Assembly (NCBI RefSeq): GCF_036321535.1
Contig: NC_087436.1
Coordinates: 28,708,001-28,772,000, forward strand
Reading direction: 5' to 3'
From: Camelus dromedarius
Taxonomy: Eukaryota
DNA: 64,000 bases
Below are positions 12,323 to 25,419 of the stretch, in pieces; position 1 is the first letter of the stretch, and every line of letters starts with the position of its first letter. Made by a program: the position numbers and the translations under genes. A model generated the notes under the pieces. The model saw only the letters and a list, made by a program, of their open reading frames with translations. It was not told the DNA's origin and did no database searches.

Positions 12323-12849
12323 GTATAAAGGAACATTTCCTTTCAGTCAAGTCCCACTCTCTGCCATTTACTTATTGGCACTTTTTAAAACCTATAGTGG
12401 GAAAAAAGTTGTCATTGTATAGGAAGAAGCATGAAAAAGTAGCTGAAAACAGAAGGTGACAGACAAAGTCAAAAGGAAGCAGAGAGTTGAATACAATGAA
12501 GAAAAAAATGATGAAAATGAACTAAAAAATCTGGGTAATAATTTCAGTGGAAATCTATACACAAATGAAAATCATAAAAAATTAGGAACTGTGACTTAAG
12601 TGAGAGCGAGTTATGGAAGGAGGATGGAGATGATACACTGACCAAAGTTACAAATAATTAAAAGTCTTTCGGAGAAGAAAATCTTTAGTCACAAGAACAT
12701 AATCTTGGAATAATCTTAGTAGACCTTAGACAGTTATAATTGTGTTTCCCTTAAGACTTTTGGGTGCTTTCTTTTGCTTTTGGGGTAAAAAAAATGGCGG
12801 GGGAGTGTACTTGGAAGAACAAACAAAGCAATAAGCAAATAAAATGAGA

Positions 12850-13025
12850 CTTAGATTTAGGGCAAACTGTCTTCAAAACCTGACCGCTACTTACTGGTTA
12901 TTTATTGATTTTAGGTAGTAAAATTACTGCCTAAATCTCCTGAGCCTCAGCTTGTGACCTGATTCTCAGGGTTAAGTGTTAAATCATAGACTTATGTAAA
13001 ACACCCAGGGTATACCTATGCCCAT
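12850..13025 (+). mobile_element. Degraded MIR
   Basis: ctacttactgg...aatctcctgagcctcag...ttatgtaaaacac. Confidence 0.55.
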
Positions 13026-13075
13026 GGAATCACATCTTGCCTGTTGTCTCCCCTAAAATGCATTCTTTAAGTTTT

Positions 13076-13343
13076 TAAAAACTTTTTACTATTATTTTTA
13101 TTTCCATGCATTTATTTAGATGTATATTTTAATTTACACCATTTTTAGTGCTACATAGCTTTTACTGTTTTAGAAAGATTAATTTTATATAGTTTTTTTT
13201 ATTGAGGTATAGTCAGTTTACAACGTTGCATCACTTTCTGGTATACAATATAATGCTTCAGTCATACATAATGCATAATATATTTGTTTTCATATTCTTT
13301 TTCATTATAGGTTACTATAAGATGTTGAATATAGTTCCCTGTG
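13076..13343 (-). mobile_element. 5'-truncated L1 (13193-13343) plus extra 3' sequence within one TSD
   Basis: Antisense L1 3' UTR (attgaggtatagtcagtttacaac...gaatatagttccctgtg); TSD GCATTCTTTAAGTTTT at 13060-13075 and 13344-13359. Confidence 0.88.
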
Positions 13344-13974
13344 GCATTCTTTAAGTTTTATTCATTTTGGATTCCCTAATTCCTACACAGGGCCTGGAGC
13401 ACAGGAAATATTTATTAATGAATTTTGACATTAATGAAAAAAACTTCTTATGAATATTCTTATGCAAATTGGTACCAACTTGGTTCAAAAATGTCAATCA
13501 TATTTAAGGTTTTAACTTTTTAATTTTATAGTGGCAGAAAAAGTATTCATACTCAGTATATTCAAAAATGGCTTCAGAATTGTTGAAGTACCTTCATTTT
13601 TGTTGAAGGTGCAAAGACTAACAATAACACTTTGTCTAAAAATCTAGGCATTTGAAACAGATTAACAAGTGTGCTTTATTTGAAGGTGGTAAATTTCCTT
13701 ATTTGACAAAATTTCTGCTGATTAAAAAAAAAATCTAAGCCGCATACAAATCGGCAAAGATAATTTCAGTAATGTCAAAGACACTAATAATTGCACTGCA
13801 TCTCATAATAATTGTTCTATCCGGTAGAACTCATATATCCTGTAAAACCATACCTGTAGAATTCATAAAGCTTCATCTTTTTCCTTAACAATGATTTCTT
13901 GTCACTCCGTGACATCCCGATAAATCTAAGAAAGCTGATCATTTTTACCTTTCAGGCAAGTATGAGAAATACAG

Positions 13975-13995
13975 ACACACACACACACACACACA
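13975..13995. repeat. (CA)n microsatellite
   Basis: Directly visible. Confidence 0.95.
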
Positions 13996-14474
13996 GAGAT
14001 TCAAAAGGAATTAAAGATTCAAAGTTTATTTTGTTGTTGATTTTATGTTGTCTGTAAACCTGACGCATGCTAACAGAGATGACTTGGAGTCTCACGCTAA
14101 GATCCATGTGTCTGAAGTGCTGTCAGGACTATTTCAAACAGCTGCTTTTGGCTCTGAGCTCAATTTAATGCTGTTTGTCTCAGGACTACTATGTGTCCCC
14201 TTTTAAACGACAGTATACACCTGGAGTTGCATCCAACTTGCATTAAAGTTTCTCTTTCAAAATGCATACATGTAGCCAGCAAAGCTGGTTCGATTTAAAA
14301 GGTACTCACATGCCAGGAGTTATGCCTAATAATTTCTTTCCCTTATGTCACAAATGATGGCATATTTTTAGAATTCTTTATTACTTAAAAAATAATCACT
14401 GCAAAAACAAGGAGGTATTTTAAATTATAAAACTGTCCCTTTTCATTAAATAAGTATTTGTTTATTTTCTAGAA

Positions 14475-14682
14475 GAGGAGTCTGCAAATTATGAACCACA
14501 GTTCAAAACTGGCTAGTGGACTCTCCTATTTTGGTGCCGTTGATGAACTAAGAATAGTTTTTATGTATTTAAGAGTTGTAAACTAAAGCCAAAGCAGAAT
14601 GTGTGACAGGGACCATATGTGGCCTTCAAAGGCTAAAATATTTACTATGTCACCCTGCAGAGAAAAAATTTGTAGACGCCTG
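14475..14682. mobile_element. hAT-Charlie MITE (MER58 family)
   Basis: Inverted termini gaggagtctgcaaa / tttgtagacgcctg; internal aactaagaatagtttttat and ggctaaaatatttactat; left flank ttctagaa fits the Charlie NTCTAGAN target. Confidence 0.85.
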
Positions 14683-17600
14683 TTCTTAAGTAATCCTCTA
14701 ACTCATACTTCTACTTAGAGTATGTTTTAACAAACTATTTCAAAAGAACAGGAAAGGGATTTTCTCCCTTCTTCCCATGACATTTGGCGATTCTATATAG
14801 CCATAATAGATGCAATTTCTTCCCATTAACACATTGATCTGTCAAATTACCATGATTTATCAAATTAGAGGCTTTTAACTTAACATTTGTGTACCTTTTT
14901 CTCTCACTTTGGACCTCATTTTCTAGGTACATTTTGTTTTAAGTGTGCAAAATGAATGTTGACCCTATGTCTGCACTGGTACTAATGTATACGTTTTAAA
15001 AGCCTGAATTTAAGCCATAATTTTGCCATGGGGACTCTAAATAGACATACCAGCCTCCTAATAGATCTGGAGAAATGCTGAATTTTTATTTATGTCTTCA
15101 GGTGACAAGCTGTGATGGATGGCCTGACAAGGTCCCGGAGTCTAGCTTTTCACTGCCAAGGAAATGATGGTGGCATTGGCGTGCCAGTTTAGTTATCAAC
15201 AGCTAACAGCCTGAAGGCAGCAGTTTAAAAGTCATTTGTTTGCACTTCTAACAAGTACCTTCTATTGTGTAGTTTATTCAACTAAGCATAATTTTATACA
15301 AGTTGTTAAAGGCCCTTTTGTCACCCAGAAAAGTCTTTCCCTGGGACAAATTGTCCTAATAAATGAATATCTTGCAATTGTATCACTCTATTTAAAATCA
15401 AAGCAAATATTTCACTAAATATTTCTAAAGTAATTAGTGTGGCACTATTTTTCTTGTTACTCTGCCATCAAAACCTTCTCAAGTAGCATTTTTTCCCTTT
15501 ATCACAGAAATGGCTCATTTAAAGATGAATTATTACTCTCCCTCTTATCATGAGGTGAAGGCTGTCATCCTGTTCTGTTGTCAGGGAATGCATATTTCCA
15601 AGAGGAAGGTGTCTAATTTTAGCAGTCATAGCTAAAAGTGATGTTACTGTTAGTTGTCAGGGAAGTGATCATTAGAGAGTCTATTTTCTCTTTGATGCAA
15701 GCAATTCAGATCAACTTTTCAAGGCACTTAGAATTGCCATAAATATTCCTCCAATTTTCATCTCATTCTTGTTGTTCTCTTATCAATGTCATTTGTCACA
15801 AGTGTAATACAAACAATAAAAACATTTTTCTTGTTCACTTTTTGCAGATATATTATTACTTAAGTCAATTACCTTTTAAAACTGTGTGTAACAATTTATT
15901 ATTTAAATTGATAAATTTAAAAAGGAATTCTTACATTCCATTTTTGTGCTATTAAAATTCTGTGTATTCTACGAAGACTTTTCTAAATACAAAAACACCT
16001 AGCTTTCAATGTACTGAAGTCTTACTGAAGGCAAACTTTTGCTTCATTTCCATGAAGGATATCTAGAAAAAATATTTGTGTATAATTTGGTGCCTCCTAT
16101 AATGATATTTCAACATTCTGTATCTTGGCTTAATATGGTAATCAAACGATTGGAACTTTTTAGTTTGTCCGTAGGAGTCTCAGTTATTGGGCTAAAATTA
16201 TAAATTGTATCTGTGCTGTTCATAAAACATGAATTTATAACAAATTTTTCTATAAACACACTATATAAAGCCAGAAGAAAACCTAACCAAAAGGAGATTT
16301 CATGGAGATATAAAAAGTATTTGAAACATTTAGATATAACCTTTGGAATTTAGCAAATAAAAATAATACTGAGTTTAGGACCAACATGAACAGCTATTTT
16401 CTCTTTAGCACTTTAATGGAGGCCGCTGGTAATGTATTTCTGAGGAATGAACTTTGTCCTCACCGGATTTCAAATGACATTTAGCTGCAGGAGGGGTTCT
16501 CCGCACTATGCTAGCTCCATGCACCCCGCAGCTTCTGTTTCCGTGGGTAATGGGTTCCACAGGAGATGGTTTTGATCGGAAAATTACTGTAGTCTTTTGT
16601 ATACACCCTCTTGGTAGATGTGAAGCTGCTGTGTTGAGAAGGCATAATGGGTTCAGTTTAATGCTTGGTTGTTGTGTCTCCCAGGACCTCCTGACGGACC
16701 CTAGGCTCCATCCCTTAGTGGCAGTACGCGTCTTTTGAGATGCTCGAGAAAAGAGTTGCTCTGTTGTGTTTACCTGTACAGGCTCACATGGAGACTGAGC
16801 TGCTGACTCTTCACAGTTCCTGTATCCTCCTCACCGTCTACCCATATATACTGCAATCCATTCGCCACATTATACAGTCACTCCATACGGTAGCATGGAT
16901 TTCTCTATTAGCTCAAGCTAAGCTGTCAGACATTTAAAACTCAAATCCAGTTTCTGACACATCTGGGTCTATTAAAAAGAAAAAAGTTATCACAAAAGAA
17001 CCCTTTTTAATAATGGAAAAGTGTATTATTAGTTAGACAATAAAGTGTTCTTTATCTTGGATGAACTCCTAGAGGACATCTGGAGTTGGGGAGAGCTCTT
17101 CTCCTACACGAGGGCGGCATGTGAGGTTAGCTCAATTTCACAGCAAAAAGAGGACAGCAGTGAAGGAAAAAGTATGAAAAAGGAAATGTGCTTGGGGTTT
17201 GTGAAGACAATATCACAAGCAAGAACGGCTGGTGGGACCTTAAGGGGCTCACTTGAAGACAAGCAAACAATATGAGGTTTCAAAACAGAAAATAGTCCTA
17301 CTTTATTCTGGATCATCAGCCCATTTCCTTGGTTTTAAGAGTTGTGATTACTTATTGAGGCAAAGGACACCTGCTTTCACAAGGGAAAGAATACAGATGA
17401 GAAAAATCTAGTCTTCCTTTATCAAAATGCAGTATGTGAAGTTTATTAAGCGGAACATGCTTTTAATACTCACGGTGCCATAGAAATTGTAGGAGTCGAA
17501 GAATGATGGAGACCCTCAGGGAGACAGTAAATGATTCTCTGACAAGTGGGAAAAAAAAAGCTGAAGAGAATTAGAAAGAAAAGTTGGTGAACCAGTTAGT

Positions 17601-19260
17601 AAAAGAAAAATGCTTTCCCTCCCATGACAATTGTCTGAGGTTCAGTATCAAGTGGGGGAACATCTGACTGAGAACTGCACCCCAAAAGGCTTAGCAGAAG
17701 ATTAGGAACACACCTCTTTCAGGGTGTGCAGCATAAACATCAGATAGGAGTAACAAGGAAACCCCAATTAAGGACGCCTCACATATCATTCCATCACAAG
17801 CTAGATCATCCTAACGTGAGGGAGTGACAGTATGTGGGAGAGAATTTGCTTAATTTTTGATTTATACTTCGAATTAAGCAAATATTGGTTATATTTGGAA
17901 AAACCTACCACACAGACAAATGAAAACCCGACACGCCATGAAGCGCTCCGTGTGTGTCACCAATATGCGTGTTGGTGGCATTACTGCCATGGTGCTCCTA
18001 GAAACTAGATGCTGGTGTGTGACTGCCACCAAAATCAATACACTACAATCACTTAGATCTACCTTCCAATTCAACAGTTGGATCAAATTCATCAGCTTAA
18101 TTTTAGATGCTCCTGTACCAGTATAAGAGGTTAAAATGGTATCCGATCTTTAGCTTTCAATGCTGCAGGGTGATTTAGAACTCTCGTCAGTCCCCAGGGC
18201 TTACCACATAATGTGCTTTACTAAATATGCTAGGGTAAGGGGGGGGTTCTTGAGTAGGGCAGCCAAGAAATTTCGTTCCACAAACTAAACCTATAAATTT
18301 ATTCTTACAGTCAATGGCATATGTTTAACCATGGCAGTGATTTATGAAAATTCAGATATGACATTTCTTTGTGGTAGAAATGAGAGAGATGTATGATTAG
18401 TTTAACACAGTCTATTAAAAATTTTGATGTGAAGAGTTTTTAACTTTTCCACATGATTTAAAGAAGAAATTCTGACAAAATAGAAAACATACACCCTAAC
18501 ATATCAATAATCAGTGAACTTGTATAAATTATTAGTGTAAAATCAAGTTTAAGTTAAAAAAACTTACTAGTGTTTTTTTTAAATAATTTATATGGTACAT
18601 ACACATATATAATCTGTGTCTCTGTATAAATATAGATTATTTTGTATACTATTAATATTATTTAAAAATAGAGATTCTCATTAGGATGTCTAGAAGACAA
18701 ATATGCAAAAAAGTATTATGTGTGGTAGCACATATATTAATACAATAAGATCATTCTTTTTATTTCTAGATTGTTCTGTTATGAATGCTGTTTCAGCTAT
18801 GTATGCTATTAATTTAAAAACCATTTTATTAGTAAATATGTTTCTAACCACATTGAGCATATAACTGTTAGAAAAAACAAAACAGAAATAACACTGCTTC
18901 CTGAATTGAGGGTTTTTGTCTTTAAATTCCAACAAAACATTTTTTAAAAATTATTGCCATCTTGTGAATATCCTTTATGTTAGCTCATCTTTAAGTGGTC
19001 CTAAGCTACTATTTGGTGGTTAGACCTTTGAAGTGTGTTCATAAATCTTGAGATTAATGATGAATGCTGTAATGCAAGCTTGTACATTATATTTCTCACT
19101 TTCTGTGAAATCTATTCTTAAGATTGCCTATTGTACACATCCACATAGCTAATCACTTGTAATAATGGCTGCTTCTGAACATTTAACCCACTGACATATT
19201 GATGCATCTTAACACAGTAAGATGGCAAAATTCCTTGCCCTAGAATCATTTAATGATTAA

Positions 19261-19312
19261 CACACGCACACACCCACACACACCCACACTCACACACACA
19301 CGCATGCACATA
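19261..19312. repeat. Imperfect (CA)n tract
   Basis: Directly visible. Confidence 0.9.
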
Positions 19313-19759
19313 CATATCTTAGCTGAGCTGGGTAGACTCTAATAAGGGTAGGGGCCATAGATGTTTTGTTTTTCACCACATGTAAATAAATCCTTTTCGC
19401 ACCCCATAGAACAAAGAAAGCACTCCAAAATTATGTCTTGAACTAATGACCAGATAAATGAATGACTAGATACATTAAAGATCAATTAAGTGATGAGACA
19501 ATAGAGCTGGAGGCGTGATTGCTCTCTTGAGACTTTCCGTTTATGAAGTTCTATTTTCTTTTTATAAAGCTGCATCAGAGCTTTGAAGCTAAAATTGCAA
19601 TTCTGTGGTTCAAAATCAAAACCTGGCCATCGGTTCTGAAGTGTACACGACTGGGGAAGAGGAAGTAAACAAAGCAAGCCTCCTCCTGGTTAAGGATCCT
19701 GACGTCTCTGTTTCTGGTCCTCATCCTTCCAGGCGTTACCCATCCCACATGGCCCTCCC

Positions 19760-20455
19760 GTATTCCCAGTTTGCTCTGCCCTCGGGTTGCCCCAGCTCAG
19801 TAAATGGCAAGCCCATCCTTAAAGATGTGCTTTCTAACTTCTCTTTAATCTCTTAGAAACCTACCTGCTATATATCTCTAAGGTGTATATCCATCAGCAT
19901 CTCAGTTACTCATGATTTTCTTTTCTCAGTGTTGCCACTCCAGTTTGAACCAACATTGTCTCTCCCTTAGTTTGCTGCAGTGCTCTCCCACTAAGTCTCC
20001 CTTTTAAACCCTTTACCACCAAAAATCCCACTGTTCTCTCCACAGCAGCTAGGATGAGCCCTTTAAAACTTGAATCAAAGCATGTCCATCCTCTGTCTAA
20101 TTCTCCCCGTCAGATTAAGGGTAAAGCCAAAATCCTTCTGGCAGTCCACTAGACCTCCTGTGATGTGGCCGCACCCATGCCTCTCTTCCCTTTCTAACTT
20201 CTTCACTGGCCGTAGCTCAGGGACAACTCTCCCAGCTACTCTGTTGAATATGCATATATTGCTTGACCTATCTTTCTTTCTCTTTGCTTTTTCCCTTAGC
20301 ACTAAGTCACCTGGCACACAGTGTATTTTACTTACTTGATTTTTTATCTCATTACACTGTAATTTAAGCTTCAGGAGGGATTTTTGTCTGTTTTCCTGAC
20401 TGAATTTCAACATCTAAACAGTATAGACACTAAATACCTGATGAAGAAATGAATG
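19760..20455 (+). mobile_element. L2 LINE 3' region
   Basis: ctcagtaaatggca; ttctctccacagcagctaggatga; 3' end tttgtctgttt...aaatacctgatgaagaaatgaatg. Confidence 0.8.
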
Positions 20456-20639
20456 CTCCAGCTCACCGGCACCCCTCTCCACCTTCACGGCCTTCTTTTG
20501 TGTCCTCCTTTCATGAGTCCACAACCGTTAAAATGGACAAGAAACTTCTCCAAGGAGAACACAACTCATACGTCTGTTTCTTTGTTACTCTTCTTTCCAC
20601 AGAACATGAGAAAGATCTGGAGGTGAAATTAATAATGGT

Positions 20640-20860
20640 TAATAGTGACTAAGCAATGGTGAGGTGGTAGGAAGCTCTGTAGGGACATTCCTTGTATAAT
20701 CTTAAAATGTCCTCACATAAACCCTACGAGGTAGCTTTCTGAATTACCCCTACTTTGTAAGTGAGGAAACCAAGCCTGAAAATGGTTATGTAACTTGCAC
20801 AAAGTCATATATCTCTGTTTGAACCTAAGGGGTCTAACTGCACAGCCTATCGTCTTAAAC
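20640..20860 (-). mobile_element. MIR SINE
   Basis: cctcacataaaccctacgaggtag...gtgaggaaaccaag...taacttgcacaaagtca. Confidence 0.75.
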
Positions 20861-21744
20861 TCAGGCCTGCCGCACCCCCGTCTGCTCCAGCCCGCTGTGC
20901 TACCATCATTAAGCAAGTTCTCTCTTGTTCTGTCTTTCTGGCTTCTATTCTCTCATCTTTTTGTGGGTTACTATGGTTTCCTTGGCTTCCTCTTGCTTCC
21001 ACTAGTTAAAAGCTGCAATTCTGTTTGAGCTTGGAGTAGAGGTAGGGAGGAAAAAAAGATCTTTCAATTGATTTGATTCTAAACAGTTCAGTTCTGCCCA
21101 GTTTAGACAACAGAAGCTTGTATTGTGCTCTACCCAAACTCAGGCATTTGACATCAGGGTTTGACATGGGAGCCCCAGGCAGCAGTTAAGTGTTCATCTG
21201 TTAAGTTAGTATTTCATGCATACATTTACTTCCAGAACCTGTGGGCAAGGGCGATTGGGAAGGGGCAGACGGTTTGAGACATTTTGATTCCATGTATGTG
21301 CTTTATTTGTTCTCCTTCTTGTGAGGTTTGTCCAAAAGTTCATAAGTAAACAATTAATTATTCTTTAAAAAACAAGAGCAAACAGAAGAACTACCATTTT
21401 AATAGTTATAAATTCAATCTAGGATATATAAGAATCTATATCAGAACAGTAGCAGTACAGGGATCATTACAGTATCAGTGGCTTCTGCTCAAAACTGAGT
21501 AACTTGTAAGTTGTAACCGTGCAAGCAGACATTTAGAGTTGACTGTGTATCCCTACCATTGCTTTCTGTTAATCCAGGAAATGACACACGTGACAGATCA
21601 TTAAGTAGCACAGGGAAAGTTATTTTAAAGGATATGGTGCAGCTGATGTTTTGCAGAATATTATTTGAAGAAAGATCAAGAATTACACTGGTATGTATGG
21701 TGGTAACGATAATATCCGTCCTAATGGTTGTAATAAAAAAGTAG

Positions 21745-21982
21745 ATAGGACCTACATAGAATTTAATATATGCCAGGTTCTCTTGTGTTTCACATTGAAT
21801 AACCCATTTTACTCTCAAAGCCACTTGTGAGCTGGCTCCTATTACAGCCTCCTTTAGTCAGATCAGTTAAGATGCAGAGAACTTAAACTTCTCAAGGTCA
21901 TCTAGCTAGCAAAAGCAGAAGCCCAGGTTTAAAATGAGGTCTCCAGCCCCAGAGCCTACGCTCTTTACCATTGCACAATACT
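21745..21982 (-). mobile_element. MIR SINE
   Basis: atatgccagg...caaggtcatctagctagc...cagagcctacgctctttaccatt. Confidence 0.75.
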
Positions 21983-22225
21983 ATTTTTGCAGAAAAATTA
22001 AAAGCTTATCTAGAACTAAGGAAATAGATTTGGTGAAAATGTAGTAATTATGTTAGAAACCTATGTACAATTGCAGGTGAAGGAAGTGGGAGTTCTTTGC
22101 AAGTTCTTTTAAAAAGATACAGTACAAAAAAACCCAACCTTCCTAGTCTAGATTGTGTGGCTGACAAAACAGCAGAACAACCAGAGTTCACATGAACAAA
22201 TTTGATTAAAAAATGCACAGCTATC

Positions 22226-22352
22226 AGGGAGGGTATAGCTCAGTGGTAGAGTGCCTGTTTAGCATGCACAAGGTCCTGGGTTCAATCTCCAGTACCTCCA
22301 TTAAGAAATACATAAACAAATAAATAAACCTAATTACCTTCCCTCCAAAAAA
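22226..22352 (+). mobile_element. tRNA-derived camelid-type SINE (Vic-1-like)
   Basis: A box TAGCTCAGTGG, B box GGTTCAATCTCC, AT-rich body, aacctaattacc, A tail; TSD AAAAAATGCACAGC at 22208-22221 and 22353-22366. Confidence 0.9.
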
Positions 22353-23699
22353 AAAAAATGCACAGCCAGGAAAATCCATCTTTTGTAGCTGTATACATAA
22401 AGCATATCCTGTATTTGTAAAGATTAAAATAAATACTAGAACTGAAATACTTTATTATAGTCATATGTAATGCATATATTTTTGTTGTTTTTCAAGAAAT
22501 TGTATGTACATCTCTCTAGCATGGACTTGGTCATTGTTAGTTAAACTTTTATTAAATCTGATGTGAATAAACATCATATACCAAAAGTCAGTGAATAAGT
22601 GCATGGAAGAGTGCCTAAAATGAATTTTTTTTTTTAATGTAGGAAAAGCACTGCAAGAAAGCTAACCAAAATGAACAGTGATCTCTGTACTATTTATTAG
22701 AGAGAAAATGATGAACAAGAAAATCTATTTGCATAATGGAAACTATATTTAATAGTAGTTACCCAATTTGTGGCATGCCAAGTAGGTAAGACAGATCAAT
22801 AGCAGTCCTTATATTTAAACAGATAATCTATTCAAACACACAACATAATATATTGACATGGCAACCAGCCTTCTGCTGCACCTTCACTCCAGAATATCTG
22901 CTTCTCATCTTGGAGGTGATACTCACACACTCATATAACTTTCATAGAACATTGCTTTCTGGTTTTAAGACATTATCTACCCAGCTATCAATCTACCCAA
23001 CTATAATTATTTTTTAGCCTTATTTCCTTAGTGTGTGTGGTAAGTCCTAACTTTCCAGCCTCTTTGACTTTTGATTCTCCACAGTTTCTTGTTGCTACTT
23101 GAGGTTCAGGGATGCTCCATCTTCTCTGAAATGTCCAAATTCTCTGTGGAAGAAGAGAAAATCCCGTGTTCTGGGTAGCTTCTGATTGCCAAATCTGTCC
23201 TTCTCCCTTTTTCAGCTTTGTATTTCATGATTTTCTGTCGTGTCAACTCAGTTTTAGACCCTTTAATAGCTTATTAGAATCATTTCCTCTTTCATATTTC
23301 TTCCACTCTTTCTAGTAACTACTTTGAGAATTTTTCCACAAGGACTTTCATGTTCTGATTAAGCATAGCAAAACATCTTAGTACATACACACTTTCTTCT
23401 GTCAGGAGGGTCAAAATAACTCACTACCATCAGGTCATAGAAGCAGATCTATGTATATTTGGGCTGGGATTTAGATACTAAATAGACAGAATATTCTCTG
23501 GACTCTACTCAGGAGCTACCTTAGTTAATGAAATCAAACATCTCCAGGTGTGGCTTTCCTCATTCACAGAGGGTTAAATAATCAATCCTTTCCTAGTACC
23601 TAAAAACTTTCCTTCTATTCCCAGAAATTCATATTCAATTGGTTTTTAACAAGCAAAATAAATAAATAAAGCCTCACACACACACACCATATATTCCAG

Positions 23700-24450
23700 A
23701 CAGGCTATCCATATGTAAATAGTTACAACAAATTATTAAGAAAAAAGACATGCACATCCAGTTTTAAGTTGAGTAATGAATAGTTTCAGTAAATAAATCA
23801 AATAAATTCATAAAATAAGTAGATTTCTAAGAAACATTTGAAAAAATATCTAACATCTTGTGTAGTCATTAACATGTAAAATAAAACAAATATGATACCA
23901 TTTTCACCTACAAAATTGGTGTAAAATTAATTGATAACACACAGTTATACAGAGCATATGGTGAAATGAGTGTTTTCAAACATTACTGTGGTATAATCTT
24001 TTTGGACGCAAACTGTAACAAATTATCAAAACATTTTAAATTCTCATATGTCAACCTGGTAAAGGAATCTCGAGAAATTTATCTGTAGGAAATCATCACA
24101 GATTGATGTGTAAAGATTTGTTTATTTTTTAACTAACTATCTACATTTGTATGTTCATTGTAGTAACCTACCAGAGGATAGTGAATAAATAAATGTTGAT
24201 ATATCCTTACCAGATGATACTATGCATTTATTTAAAATTATGTTGTAGAAAATATTTAATGATATGGTAAAAAATAATTTAATTGAATAAAACTGGTTAT
24301 AAAATGTTTTCTAATTTAAAAAATCAAGAATGATATACATTGGGATATGAAAAGTGTTTATTTATGGTGATATTATTATTGGCAGTTTCAATTTAATTTT
24401 TTAAGATGACAGCAATTTACATAATAAGCATATCAATCACATAATGAGAA
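23700..24450 (+). mobile_element. Old L1M (L1ME-like) ORF2 end/3' UTR
   Basis: aaacatttgaaaaaatatctaacatc...atgataccattttcacctacaaaattgg... Confidence 0.7.
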
Positions 24451-25419
24451 AAAGATTCAATGTGTAAATAATACACCCAGTTATCAGAAATGGAAATTAA
24501 AATATAAATAATAATAATGGTAGTGAAAAAAATCTCTAGGCTTGAAGAGAGAATGATCTAATAAAAAAGAGGAAATTTTTTTCAATACTAATTTTCTTTT
24601 TCCTCATATTTAACGATTTTCACTGGTATTACTATATCCAATCACAACATATATAAACATGCTCATTTATAAAACACAAACTGCCTATTGGAATACTTTA
24701 TATGTAGAATTATCAAATACCATTATGTTTAATATTTCATGGTGTCCAAGATCCTGAAACACTTGCCATTATTATATCCTATTAATAAAACTATTACCCT
24801 ACACAAAGACTATTAAATCTTGGAGGAAAAATAATGACAATATGGCCTAGGATAGTTTGATAGTCCATGTTATGGGATTTGTAGGAGTCTTTAAGTTGTG
24901 TTTTATTTTATACTTAATTGTTCATATTTTTATGTTAAAAAGCAAACAAAATAAGTCATTGCTATCATTAAGGATAGTGATAATATTTCTAAAATTTACT
25001 ATATTTTAATTAAAATCAATAATCTAAATGCCACACATTATTATATCTGTACATCAACCTAGAGTATAACTGAAGTAGGAAGGAATATTTGTAATATAAT
25101 TGTATTTTAAATATTTATAGATTGCTATGTAAATGAAGCAATGGCATTCACTTACAAAAGTTTTCCTTTTATACTTATATATTTTTATAATGTTGTTAAA
25201 GTTCATATAAAAATAAGGATAAGTTCATATAAAAGTGAGTCCAAAAATCAATTAATAGAATTCAATAATTAGAAACTACATATAATTCATCATTATTTAT
25301 TATTATAAGTACATTATTGCATATTTTTATAAATATATTTATTTTTTATCCAATAAATGTCCTTAAGCAGATGTCAAACTTCTGGGTTGTTTGGTAAGAA
25401 AATGTTTATCAAAGAAAAA

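Noticed and set aside
17900..18126. CpG-containing segment with ORFs on both strands
   Set aside because: Short ORFs without recognisable product; may be a DNA-transposon remnant but I could not support a family call
20075..20413. 112-aa ORF
   Set aside because: Antisense to an L2 remnant with no protein-like signal
21489..21824. 111-aa ORF
   Set aside because: Non-ATG start inside a MIR; no recognisable homology
22226..22300. tRNA gene (also 35808 and 60477)
   Set aside because: A/B boxes are present but followed by the SINE body and A tail (TSD at 22226), with divergent copies; these are SINE heads
25199..25234. 14-bp direct repeat AAGTTCATATAAAA around 8 nt
   Set aside because: Low-complexity AT-rich context; cannot distinguish a TSD from slippage
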